The notes: a model not told the origin generated them from the sequence alone. DNA of 64,000 nucleotides from Octopus sinensis (GCF_006345805.1 NC_043004.1:45260001-45324000); one strand, 5' to 3'. Shown: positions 1 through 12,559, numbered from the stretch's first letter. Made by a program: numbers and translations.

Positions 1-1170
1 ACTATTGTTGTTCACTGACATCTGCTATTTATTTGTCTGGTGACAGATGTGATATCAGAGCAAGTTTGCATTCTATGACTGGAGTCTATACATAGTTGGT
101 CTGAAGACCAGAGTGTGGTCAACCCTGATGACTTAAAATTATGTCCTCAGTTCATCCACCACAACAGTATTGCCAAACCAGCCCAACCCAAAGCAGCCAA
201 ATGTGAAGTTAAGCTTAGAGTAGTAATGATGCAAAATGTTGGACGATGTTTACGAGCATAACAGAAAACAAGTATTAAAGAGTTACACAGATATTTAATG
301 CTTTTTTTGGTTCTATGGTTCAAACTTACTGATTTAAAGTGATCTAAATTAAAACTTCCCATTAAAAATTTCACGCAGATTTGTGTTTTAAATATCAGCC
401 AAATAACAATAAATTTTAATATCAGAAAATATTTTACATCATTTCCAAAATTAATTGAATGAAAGGGGGTGTATTGAGCAACAGTATGGTAGTAAAAGTG
501 TTATATGCGTATGAATGTACACAATGCCAAACCTGCAGAAACATGGCCAAATGGTAAAATGAGTTTTCTATCAATGTCATCATCATTCTCTCTACTCATT
601 TCCCATGCTTCTATGTATTGTACAGCCATTTTTCCATACTTCTAAAGGTCTTCTCCAGCACAAAATCCCATCACTTGCCTTGATCTCTTGACAAAAAGGG
701 GTCTCATTATGATGAACTTAATGCAAGGCTCAACACCCTGAGATAAGACTCCACCATTTCTTATGTCTTCCCCAATACTGCTCTTTTTGTAGGTCCATTA
801 CAAATAAATAAATAAACAAACGGGTGGATGTAAAGGCATAGTAAACCCTGATACAAGACGAGAAGCACTCAATATTGAAAGTAGATGGATATAATTTAGA
901 TGGATCTGAAACTTCACAAATGTGCACTTCTTGTTACTCAGTCTCTATCTCTGAAACATGTTTCAATCATTACATATAGTGTAACGAGTAACTCTGAGTA
1001 ATGATCTCTGAAGTTTCAGTACACAATAACTTACACACATGCCCTCATCCTCTAAGCACCTGCCCTTTTTTATTCCCAGTTCTTTTTCTTGGCTGTCATG
1101 GATTTGACAAGTCTTACTGAGACAGTATTACATTGATGGATGCCTTTCTAGATGTCGACCCTTACATGCT

Positions 1171-1225
1171 TTTCAAAGAAGGTATTCTCTTTCAAAGAAG
1201 GTATTCTCTTTCAAAGAAGGTATTC
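1171..1225. repeat. 19-bp tandem repeat, ~2.9 perfect copies
   Basis: Unit TTTCAAAGAAGGTATTCTC at 1171, 1190 and (partial) 1209. Confidence 0.95.
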
Positions 1226-1947
1226 CACTTGTCAGGACACTAACAAATATTATTGCTGTCTATGCGATGTCAGTGTGACAACGCAGGGAAACACACATAT
1301 ACACACACACAGACACACACACCCACACATTAATGCACATACACACTCATACATGTGCACACACACTATATTTCTGTACAGTTTCTCCCAAATTTCTTTC
1401 TCCTAATATTTATTGCTCAAGGCTATGAGTACAAGGAACATGCCCAAGGTGCCATGCAGTGGGATTGAAGCTGAAACCACATGGTTACAAACTGAACTTC
1501 TTTATCACACAGGCCTCCCCCCCCCACATATGTGCATACAAACACACACACACACACACACACACATAGGTATATAAATACATACAAACAATGTTCTTCA
1601 TTCAGCTTCTTAAACCCATTGAAAATTTTACCAGAGGATAATTAACCAAAGTTCTCTACTGTGGGGCTAACCTGAAACTGTGCATTTGAGAAGTGAACCC
1701 TTTTCCTTAGACTGCTATGCACACACACACATAACAGAGAGAGAAAGAGAGAAGGAGAGTTTGTAATGGAGATAGTACAGTTCGGCTTGATAGGAATGTA
1801 TTTACATGGAGCACAGAAAATGTAATTCTGAGGTTTCTGAAACAGCTGTTGAGTTTTGAAATTATATACTTTTTTTAAAAATCTTTTTCTGAATCTTTGT
1901 TTCTGTGTTTCATGTAAATATATTTATAGCAAGCATTACGTGTTTAC

Positions 1948-2018
1948 CTCCATTACTGCCTCCGTATCAGCTCCATTTCTAGGCTTCTTATAGCCATTCT
2001 TGTCAGCATTGGCTTTGG
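1948..2018 (-). CDS. Candidate internal coding exon of an unidentified minus-strand gene, (A)KANADKNGYKKPRNGADTEAVME
   Basis: Acceptor tctttgtctag, donor GAG|gtaaac, 71 bp. Only one frame is open, and it is phase-compatible with the candidate exon at 2170-2197. No family recognised. Confidence 0.35.
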
Positions 2019-2169
2019 CTAGACAAAGACTTTAAGCCAGCTCTTACTTATTGTCTGTGTGGTGTGTGTATGTATGTATGTATGTATATGTGCATGTATA
2101 TATATATATATACATATATATATATTTACATGCACTTCAAAATATAGCCATATGAAGAAATATACTCAC

Positions 2170-2237
2170 CTGCAAACATCACACTTAAAGTGCTCATTAT
2201 TACTCATGTAGAGTAGACTAACTCATACTTATGTATA
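2170..2237 (-). CDS. Candidate start-codon exon (ATG at 2197; MSTLSVMFA)
   Basis: Acceptor ccttgtctacatcag, strong donor GCAG|gtgagt. An in-frame TGA lies just upstream of the ATG. Phase-1 end joins the 1948-2018 exon across a ~150-bp intron. Confidence 0.3.
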
Positions 2238-2895
2238 CTGATGTAGACAAGGTGAAACGAATATATACTATACGCACACACTTTACAATTCATACATGCA
2301 CATACATACATACATAGATACATACGTATGTACATACATACGGACATATGTACACACATACATACATACTGTTGACTACACAAATACATGAAATCAAAGA
2401 ACACACACAAACACAAGTACATCTATTTGAACAAAATCAAATCATTTGGGATATACTGCATAATATTTGTATCTTCATTTGCTATCAAATATTCTATAAC
2501 ATTTGTTCTTTCACACTATTCAGAACACATCATATAATGTTTCACCATCTCTTGAGTCGACATCATCTTCTATTAACCGTTATGATTGCTGCTGTCCACA
2601 ATCTAGAGAACTTAAAGTATTGGTAATTCCAGACTACATAACATCGACTAATACTTCTACTGTCTCTCTTTGTACTATAATGCCAAATACATGTACATTC
2701 AAACATACTGACACACTCACAGGTACATGTTATTTTTTTGTATGTGTATTTATATATTTATGCTTGTGTATGTGTATATATGCTTATTTATATCATTGAT
2801 ATCAGCATCCGTACACCTTATGCATTATATAACATTTTTACTTTCACTTTTAAAATGTAGTGTATATGTATATATGTAGTAATAAGTTCACTCAC

Positions 2896-2962
2896 CACTT
2901 TAAGCTGGATATATGAAATATATTTTCTTCTGTACAATTTTCTACTAATGTCTTTTATTTTT
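2896..2962 (-). other. Candidate exon (5'UTR or coding, KIKDISRKLYRRKYISYIQLKV)
   Basis: Acceptor tatttatactattcag, donor GTG|gtgagt, 67 bp. Splicing to the 2237 acceptor gives a stop, so UTR if real. Confidence 0.2.
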
Positions 2963-3619
2963 CTGAATAGTATAAATAGTGTGTGTGTACGCAGGCTAAG
3001 ACATAGATTATTTAATGCTTAAAACTATAACTAAATGTGTTGAGTGCTACCTTCTTTCATTTCTTCATACCCTCACATATATATATATATAGTAAGAGGA
3101 AGGATATAATATCCAGGCAAATACTGAATTTCTGTATGTAAAATGCCAAAGCTGGTTCCTTCGGATGGTGCATTTTATGGTAAATTTCCTTTAACTCCCA
3201 TCCAATGTTACAGTGTATTTCTTGGCTGCTTAGAGTGTAAAGTACAATATTGATAATAAGGAGAATGAAGAATTTGAACATTTAAGCTTTATGCTTATTT
3301 ACTGTTGGTAATTGTCTGCCACATGCTTCGATTGCACTAATTGCATATTGTTGCATATTTATATGAAGCAGTTGATTTCTTCAGGGTATATAAATATGAC
3401 ATTGTTCAAAGAGGAATTTTCCTCTGCTATTAGTTTGAATTAAGCTTGATAGTAGTAGTAAACCATGACGTTCAATTGTTCGTTTGTTTTCCACCTGCCT
3501 TCGTCTTTTGTCTATTTTCATAAAGCTTCCCGTTATATATATATATATATGAATATATAAATATATATATATATGGTGGTTGTCTACTACGTATGCAGAG
3601 TTTGACCACCTCCTGTACT

Positions 3620-3960
3620 TACACCTTAGAACCATCATGGCATCTGATGTGGCTTTTCAAACCAGACAATGTTCAGAAATGCACCCACACAGATTGCATA
3701 GCTGATTTGGATCACCAAGAGCTGCAGATAAGTTCTGACCTTTGTGGATCTTAAAATGTCTTTTAAGGCCTCCATTAGATTTGCAGACCTTCTGCCATGC
3801 ATTGCATTCAAAGGTGTGCACAGACATGCAGGCAGAATAGTTGGTGGAGGTTCATTTTCCATCGGTTCACAAATTCTCTCAGGTGCTTAAGTAGTTGTAA
3901 GCACACATCAGACCTTTTAGCACTCTCATCCCTGATACTGCGATACATCCAGGATGTGAC
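3620..3960 (-). pseudogene. Decayed RTE-type LINE ORF2 C-terminus with two C2H2 zinc fingers
   Basis: Minus strand reads HTFECNA(W)QKVCKSNGGLKRHFKIH (finger 3744-3812), then QLCNLCG...[frameshift]SGLKSHIRCH (3637-3698). One Cys-to-Trp change plus a frameshift. The C-terminal C2H2 motif is typical of RTE/BovB-like ORF2. Confidence 0.6.
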
Positions 3961-5323
3961 ATTTGATAGGAAAGAAGGTCTGCACTAGCATTGGACTTGA
4001 ACTTTTGTTTTCTTTTTTTTTTTTATCGTTCCCCAAAAGATGAGAGGCCAAGTGGGCTTCAGCAATATTTGATCTCAAAGTACAAAGAACTTATGCAAAA
4101 TCTGCAAAGTGTTCCTTCCATGCTCTAACAATTGATAGCTGCGTGTGTGTCTACATTTATGTGTGTGTGTGTGCACACACGTATGCATGCGTGTGTGTAT
4201 TTTACACTGATTTTAGAAAGATGGTGCTATATTTGTGATGCAGTTTATGTATAAAAATAGGTATTGTCATGGATATTGCTTTGCAACTATGTGTTTTTGT
4301 GTTTGGTCCCACCATGTGGCGCTTTGGGAAAGTGCCTTCCACTCAGAGTGCATGCGCCCATGTGGCTGTGTTTATCCCTACCACCCACTTCTTGACAACG
4401 GCTTTTGGTTTGTTTCTGTCCCTATGACTTAACTATTCAGCAATAGACCAATAAAATAAGGACCAAAATTTATAAGTAAGTACTAGGGTTGATTTGCATT
4501 ACTAAAACCCTTCAAGAGAGTGACCCTGCTTGGTCACAGTCCACTGATTGAAATGAGATGAAAAAAATCAAAAATGGAAAGATCAATTTGATACCTACCA
4601 AGCTGAAAGGAAATAATTACTAGGCAGGTAGGAAGTAACAGGAAGATGAAACTAAATCCTTTGTAAACAGCGCTCCAGTCTGACCTTGGTCCAAAGACTG
4701 GAATCAGCAAAAGAGAAGAAGAATAGCACATCCCTGTGCTGAGCAAGAGGATGGCTTCTGATATGTAATTTGGTGGCTCACTGCTCTAATTTCCAGGATG
4801 CCTATCATCAATGAATGACGTAGTTTCAATTATACTGTGGTTAAGTCCATTCACTATAATCCCGTTCTAATTCTCTCGTCCACCTTCTCTCTCTCTCTCT
4901 CTCTCTCTAGCTTTGTAACTGAAGAAAAGGAGCATTGTTGTACACAGCAGAAATAAATCAATATTTATTCTTGCAGTTTCGCAGCATATATATATGTCGT
5001 ATATATAAATCATATAGCAATTCTATTTTCTCTTATACGTATTCATTGTTCACTTTCTGTAACGAAGAAAAAAAAAAAATACAGCTCTGTCTTTTCTCTC
5101 TCTTTCTCTCTCTCTCTCTCTTTTCTCTTACTTGCTGTCTCAGTCTCTCTCTCACTTTAGTTCAAGCTTTGCAAGCAATTTGATTAGAGTTAATTTCCCA
5201 CCAGACAGCTGAAATTGACAGCTTCTGATTGTCATCCCTCTTACAGTTGGCCAGCAAAAATTACAATCTCAGCAACAAGAACATTAACAGCAGCCTCATC
5301 ATTAACAAAAATACATTTATATA

Positions 5324-5370
<47 letters not shown>

Positions 5371-5944
5371 AACTAAGGAGAAAAAAATTATCAAATGGAT
5401 TGAAAATATTTATTTCAGAATGACAAGTAATAAATAATGGTAAAAATGTGTATCAATAATACAAGAACAACAACAACAACAACAACAGAACCATGAAACA
5501 AAACAGGCAAACACACACACACACACACCTATCCATCTATCTATCTATCTATCTATCTATTATATATATATATATATATATATATGCTTACAGTAGCATG
5601 TTATTAATGATAATTATTTTATCAAATCTGTGGAGCTGAAAGGTGACAAGTACCCCCAGTGGGATTTGAACGTAAAAATGACAAGGCACCAACGGAAAGC
5701 ATTGTTATCAGTAAGAATATAATGCATACCATAATTATATATGTTATATTAGTTGAAGTATAGGCATGGCTGTGTAGTAGGCTATAAACGTGGCTACATA
5801 GTTAAGAAGTTTGCTTCATTGTCTGTCGTGTGGTTTTGTGTTCAGTCCCACAATGTGACATCATGGGCCAGTGTTTTGTGTTGTAGCCCAGGCTGACCAA
5901 AGCTTTGTGAATGATTTGGGGTTGACAAAAACTGTACAAATCTG

Positions 5945-6320
5945 ATGGGCACCTACCTAGCTGTAGAAATTGTTCTGAAACTGACGTTGGAGCTTGGTGT
6001 AGATCAGGGCTTTTCAAACTTTTTGCTGGAGCGGAACCCCAAGGGAACATTCCACTGGCTCGAGGAACCCCTGTGCAATAATTCAATAGTCTTATGCACA
6101 CATATCTGCACAGGAGAATTAAAAATTACTACCGATTTTAGCAGTTTTGTAACTTCTTGCAGAACCCCTGGACCGTACTGACGGAACCCTAAGGTTCTGC
6201 GGAACCCTGGTTGAAAACCACTGGTGTAGATCCTAGCCTTATCAGCTTCTGTCAAACAGTCCAACCCATGCCATTAAGAAAAAACTGGACGTAAAATGAT
6301 GCTGGTGCTGCTGATAATGA
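5945..6320 (-). mobile_element. Old copy of the SINE-like family ending ...CCATGCTAGCATGG..GGACGTTAAACGATGATG, interrupted by a hAT MITE
   Basis: Diverged match to in-window copies at 20905-21455, 27310-27680 and 38700-39035. Confidence 0.7.
6005..6223. mobile_element. hAT (Charlie/MER5-like) non-autonomous MITE, 219 bp
   Basis: TIRs CAGGGCTTTTCAAAC ... GTTGAAAACCACTG. Perfect 8-bp TSD GTGTAGAT at 5997-6004 and 6224-6231. Confidence 0.9.
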
Positions 6321-7081
6321 TATATAATTGATTAGATATGTGAGAGAATAGATGTTCCATTTGTTGACTGGTGTTTTGCAAATGAAGAGTTTACAATGAT
6401 CTCTTTTTGATTCTTCAAATGTGTGTGTGTGTGTGTGCATGCACATGTGCACCTGTATTTATGTCTCCTTGTCTTGACAATAGGACCCTCATTGTAAGCA
6501 AGTATCACCACCGAATGAGTGGTATTATTTGCTTGCCTGAAATTATGTCTGGCCTCTTGTGCATTTTCATGCTGAAGGACTACGGCAAACATTATTGTGC
6601 TTGGAAGTAGCTGAAGGTTTGATGACAGGTTGAGGATTCACCTGTAAAAACACCTGCCTTGATTGGTTTTTGTTCTGACACATGTAGGTACGGTAAAGTT
6701 GACATGAAAATGATGCTGACGCTGACGAGTGGGAAAACGTTTCATTGAGATTATCCTTGTATGTCTGCATAGACACAATTTGTTTTAACAAAATGTGACC
6801 GCAGACACACAGGTTACTTCATGACAGAGAATTCCAAAAGAGTACCTGTGTGTGCAAGTGTATACGCATACATGTAGACAATATAAACACATACAGCATT
6901 GTGTGTTTGTATTTGTGTTCATTTTATTAATTCTATTGTTTATTTAATGTTATTCACCCGCTTTTGTTGGAACAGTTTTGATTTGCTATTGGTCTATGTT
7001 TTTTTAATATTCTTTTTATTTATTTTCTCCTTAATTCTCAACATCATCTTCATATGCTATTATTATCATTTATTTATGTAT

Positions 7082-7120
<39 letters not shown>

Positions 7121-7354
7121 TTTGATCAGTGATACTTTGATATGATCATCTACACAGTACAGTATGACTTACAGTACTTGAGCTGCTGTTTGTTGACTTA
7201 GACATCACATTGCCATTGTGTGTGAACTTTTGATGTTGTTCTCACACATCATCCAATCTCATATCCTGTATATCAAACAACTGACAGCTATAATGTACTG
7301 CTTTATTTTATATCACTTTGATGTCTCTGTCTTTATAATAATCACAACTAAGAT

Positions 7355-7452
7355 TTGAATATATATATGTATATAAATATGTGTGTATATATATATATAT
7401 ATGTGTGGTGTGTGTGTGTGTATATAAATGTGTGTGTGTATATATATATATA

Positions 7453-7496
<44 letters not shown>

Positions 7497-7505
7497 ATAT
7501 ATATA
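7355..7505. repeat. Compound (TA)n/(TG)n microsatellite
   Basis: Direct reading. Explains the YI/CV-rich ORFs. Confidence 0.95.
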
Positions 7506-7744
7506 GAGCTGTTATCTGTGTTCTTAAAATGCTTGCCATGTGAGGCATCAGTTTTCTATTCTTAGTTTTATCTTAAACTTCATTCTTAACTTTGTTTGGA
7601 TAACTTGAAACCACTAAATATTTTATTCTGGTTTGCAATAATTTGCTTATGATAATGAAAATGCATATATATGTGTATATTCGCATACATACATACATGC
7701 ATGCATATATGCATACATACATACACACACACACACACATACAT

Positions 7745-7885
7745 ACATCATCATCATTCATCATTGTTCGACCGTGGTCGAGACAATGGAATTTACCATG
7801 CTACGCCTGACTTCACGGTCCATCATGGCATTACGGAGGTCCTGTTGCTGGATGCCTGTATCCCTGGAGATTACATCAGGGTAGG
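7745..7885 (-). mobile_element. RTE LINE 3' end fragment (SYPDVISRDTGIQQQDLRNAMMDREV...EQ* followed by a (TGA)n tail)
   Basis: Near-identical reverse-complement copy of 35934-36065. Has a C-terminal reading frame and a trinucleotide tail. Confidence 0.8.
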
Positions 7886-8520
7886 AGAGTGTGCACTCAT
7901 ACATACATACATACTTCTGTGTGTGTGTATTGAACAGGTGATCATGGTAATCTGCAATAAGAAATAGTTCAATATTTATTGCCTTCTTACAACATGGCCA
8001 AATGTTATCATCATCATTATTATGTTCACTTTTCTGTGCTCTTATGAGTTCGATGGAATTTGTTAAGACAAGTCAGTTGCCCTTCCTCTCTTCAACCTTC
8101 ACTTTTTTCCAAGTAAGGTAATAAATGTATCCTCATGACCAGATGTTTTCACAGCAGATTAAAAGCAAAGGACATCAATTAAATGATGGTGACACTTATT
8201 TACTATGATCTCCCAAAATCAATGAAAGAAGACAGTAATACACACAAACACACACAGCAAGACACTTCATTTCATGTTGTTCCAGTTCACTCAGCTGTAG
8301 AAATGAGTTGCGACATCACAGGTACCAAGCTGTATCGGTCTTTTCCTTTCCCTTGGATAACACGGGTGATGTGGAGAGGGGAAGCCGGTATGCATGGGCG
8401 ACTGCTGGTCTTCCATAAACAGCCTTGCCCGGACTTGTGCCTGGGAGGGTAACTTTCTCGGTGCAATCCCATGGTCTGTGTCGTGTCCGAAGGGGGTCTC
8501 AGATATATATATATATATAA

Positions 8521-9504
8521 AATGAAAGAAAGAAAATGGAAAATTATGGATTCATAAATAATTTATTTGTATGATATTTTGAAGTTGAAAGTTTTTTTAT
8601 AAAATAATACAAATAAATTATAAATTATAAAACACGAAAAAGAAAATGGCAGATGCCATAAGCCTACATATGTGTTTCGGTTCCTGCTCCTCGGTGATTT
8701 GTAATTCTAAGCATTTAGGTAGGGTCATATTCCAAGAATTGGTCATCATTTTCGACTATACAAAGCAGAATCTCATCAGGGCTTTATGAGCTCATATGAA
8801 CTTACACAACAAAGGTTCACATATTTCTTGATACGTTGCAGACCAATTACTAAGTTTAAGAAGGTCAGATCATATATATATTATGCGTGTGTATTTAGCT
8901 ATTGAATTATTGATGTAAGTAATGATAAGATAAAATACGATAACATATGTAGGTTTTCGGCATCTGCCATTTTCAACTATATGAGGCAGAATCTCATCAG
9001 GGCTGTATGAGTTTATATGTACTTATGCAATAAAGGTTAACATATTTCTTAAAAGGATGCAGATGAAGTACTAATAGGTTTAAGAAGTTAGATCATATAT
9101 ATTATGCGTATGTATTTAGCTAGTGAATTATTGATGTATGTAAAGATAAAATAAAATAGTATGTATGATCTAACTTCTTGAACTTATTAGTAATTCATCT
9201 GCATCTTTTCAAGAAATATGTTAATCTTTGTTGTATAAGTTCATATAAGCTTATAAAGCTCTGATGAGATTTTTGCCTCTTAATAGTTGAACATGATGAC
9301 CAATTCTTAACATATAACCCTACCCAAATGCTTAGAATTCTGAGTCACCTAGGTGCAGGAATCGAAAAATATATGTAGGTTTTTGATGTCTGCCATTTCT
9401 TTTATTTGCATTGCATTTATAAAGAAAACTCTCAACCTCATAATATCATACGTATCAATTATTTATACATCTATAATTTCTCTCTCCATTTTCTTTCTTT
9501 CATT
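8521..9504. mobile_element. Fold-back / long-TIR DNA element, ~1 kb
   Basis: Arms of ~350 bp (8521-~8875 vs ~9160-9504) are imperfect inverted repeats starting AATGAAAGAAAGAAAATGG. Internal ~220-bp direct duplication (8750-8945 vs 8969-9165). Confidence 0.8.
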
Positions 9505-9659
9505 ATTAACATTATGCATTACTATAATAATCCCTAACATATCATTGAGACTTTCTCCGTATATGATAGTGATTAACCAGTGCAAGTTTTGGATTATTTA
9601 ATTCCTAATGAGGACCTGACATCCTCAAATTGACTATATATATATACATATATATGTTT

Positions 9660-9963
9660 GTGGAGGCGCAATGGCCCAGTGGTTAGGGCAGCGAACTTGC
9701 GCTCATAGGATTGCGGTTTCGATTCCCAGACAGGGCATTGTGAGTGTTTATTGAGCGAAAACACCTAAAGCTCCACGAGGCTCTGGCAGGGGAGGGGGCG
9801 ATCCCTGCTGTACTCTTTCACCACAACTTTCTCTCATTCTTTCTTCTGTTGGCCTGCTCACTTAGCCAGTGGGGTGGCGTCATTTGAAGGCTGAAGCAAT
9901 GCAAAGTGCATTGTGACCAGCGATGTGTAACAACATCTGATAGCCTGGTCGGTCATGGTGACG

Positions 9964-9970
<7 letters not shown>
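9660..9970 (+). mobile_element. tRNA-derived SINE (head TGTGGAGGCGCAATGGCCCAGTGG), subfamily with a ...CACGGTGATA-type tail
   Basis: Pol III A box TGGCCCAGTGG and B box GTTTCGATTCC. Closely matches 56322-56632. Inserted in a (TA)n tract. Confidence 0.9.
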
Positions 9971-10003
<33 letters not shown>

Positions 10004-12190
10004 CACACACACATACAGTTGGTTTCTTTCAGTTTTTGACTGTCAAATCCGCTCACGAGGTTTAGGTTGACTCAGAGCTATAATAGTAGTCACTTGCCCC
10101 AGGTACCATGCTATGGAAAATATGGTTGGGAAACAAACTTCTTGCTACCCAGGTATGCCATCAGTTGTACACACATACACTTATAGTTCACAGTTTTTGA
10201 AAGTGTGCTGTAATATAAATTTGTGTGTGTCTATCTGCTCTCGACTCTCACAAAACCTGTTCACATACATATATTATTGTATGATTTTTGTCATGTGTTG
10301 AATGCAGTGTACTGGGGCCAGTCTTACATGTACTTGTATGTAGTCATATGTGCATCATGCATGCATGTATGTGTGCATGTATGTATAACCAGGGTTTCCA
10401 AACCTTGATACTACTGCTTTTATGTTATAGCCTCAAGCAATTTATTTGGATTTCCTTCCTGTGGTTTGTTTGGCTGATTTCCTGGAAGAGTTAGTTGTAT
10501 AAATGCTTCCAGCTGTGTTCTGGCAATATGTAGATGTAATAAATGAATAAATACATAAAAAGCTGATATAAAACTTTTAGAAAAAAAAATTGAAAGTAAC
10601 AAAACCAAAAAAGAAAAAAAAACTGGCTAAAGGGAAGTGCCATTTGATGAAAACCACTTGGCTTATTTGTCTAAGGATCTGAAATTCATGTAACTTTGAA
10701 TGCCATGGGCAGACACGAGCACTGCCAATTTCAGTGCAGAACTTCTGTGACAAAAAGAAAGTTTATTGTTTAGGATAGCTGTAATTAAAATCACCCAGTG
10801 CTATCCTAACATCAAATGGTTTACTTTACGCCGAAAAACTTTTCTTGAAATGTCAGTACCTATATCTACACCATGAACATAATTTTAGTAAATGATGTTT
10901 ATTTTTTTTTCTCACATCACAACTGACTAATAGTTTCCTTGGATTTTGGTGTTTATACAATTGTATAAACATTTTTATCTTCCTAATATATAAAGTATAT
11001 GCATGTAGTTCTAAGTTGAAGGCCACAGTTTTATTGCTAGATGGCTGAAATTTTGTACAGAGACATATATTTTCAATGAGGCCATACTCTTCTTGCTTCT
11101 TTATCACATGCATATTGTAAACAAATGTCTCTTTCATACAAATAGTGTTAGTTTACAGTTTTCTGTGAAAACATGTCCAACTGGGGAAATGTTATCTTAG
11201 TTGAAAACAGGTGGGGACAGTGGCAAGAAAGGAGTCTGGCTATAATAGAAAACTTGCCTCACCAAATTTCGGAACCACAAAAACATAGACAAATCAATGT
11301 TACATTGTGGTGGTGGTGGTGATGGTGCTTGTGGTACTGGTACACCACCACAGCCAGTGATGGTGACAATTTTATTCCATTATTTTATGAATTTCAGCTT
11401 GAACCAAATTCCAAATATCTTGAATACAACAATTCTGAGTGAATCACCATTCCCTGACCATCTGAAGAATCTCTTTTTTTTTTTAATCACTTTATTCAAA
11501 ATACCATGAACCTCTGTGATTACATTTATCTGAGAAGTAAATATGTCCCATAGAAGATCTGGTTCTGTATTTTTGTATATTCATATATCAATAACATATG
11601 TTCCTATTTTTAATTAGTCTCCAATTAAGTTTCATCAATTACCCTCATGCCATTTTTAACTCTAGACATTCAAGCATTCAAGTTGAACTGGCTGCAATTG
11701 TCACCAGAGACACTATGTCTAAAACTTGAATATTTTTGAGTCCGTGGCCCAGCATCAGCTGGTAAGCAGCCTCTATGCAATCACACCATTTAATAGAATG
11801 ATAGCAAAATGTAGGTGTGTAAATAGATTCATATGTATGTTCTAATTATCATTTTATGGTACCTCCCTATCTTGACTGCAGCCTCATAGATAGTGCTAAT
11901 AATATGCAGGTATATGCCTGTGTAAATTGATGTGTGCCTTTTTTCATATACTACATATATAATGATGATGAGGAAATATATTTTTAAGAAAATGTGTGTG
12001 TGTGTGTACAAAAAAACACACACATATATGTATACATACATATATATACACACACACACACACATATATATGGCCACACACTCTCACACACATATGTATA
12101 TCAGTGAGTATATGCATTTATTAAGATTGTACAACAGTATCCATTTAAATAAATGATTACATATCTACATGCATCTGTTTTGCTATCAAC

Positions 12191-12234
<44 letters not shown>

Positions 12235-12518
12235 AACATACACACACACGTGCACAACCATATACTTAACCAATTTTCTGCTTTCCAGAAGAAAGAACAC
12301 ATCTTCAGATTCCACGAATAGATCAGATGATGCATGCAACCATGTAACTAGCTGTAAACACACACTTTCACAAAGAAAAATATATAAAACTGTATCCATC
12401 CACAACCTCTGCACCACGCATAATACACACATATATATATATATATATACACACACATACACACACATACATAAAGATACACCATTGTTCATGCACACAT
12501 TCCAAAAACACAGTGTTT

Positions 12519-12559
<41 letters not shown>

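Noticed and set aside
151-222. Possible plus-strand terminal exon SSTTTVLPNQPNPKQPNVKLSLE* with AATAAA at 408
   Set aside because: Modest acceptor, several frames on both strands look equally plausible, and no upstream context is available.
9660-9740. tRNA-like sequences with A and B boxes (also 35860-35933, 56322-56400, 60845-60913)
   Set aside because: These are SINE heads: no complete cloverleaf or acceptor stem, and they continue into SINE bodies with TSDs.
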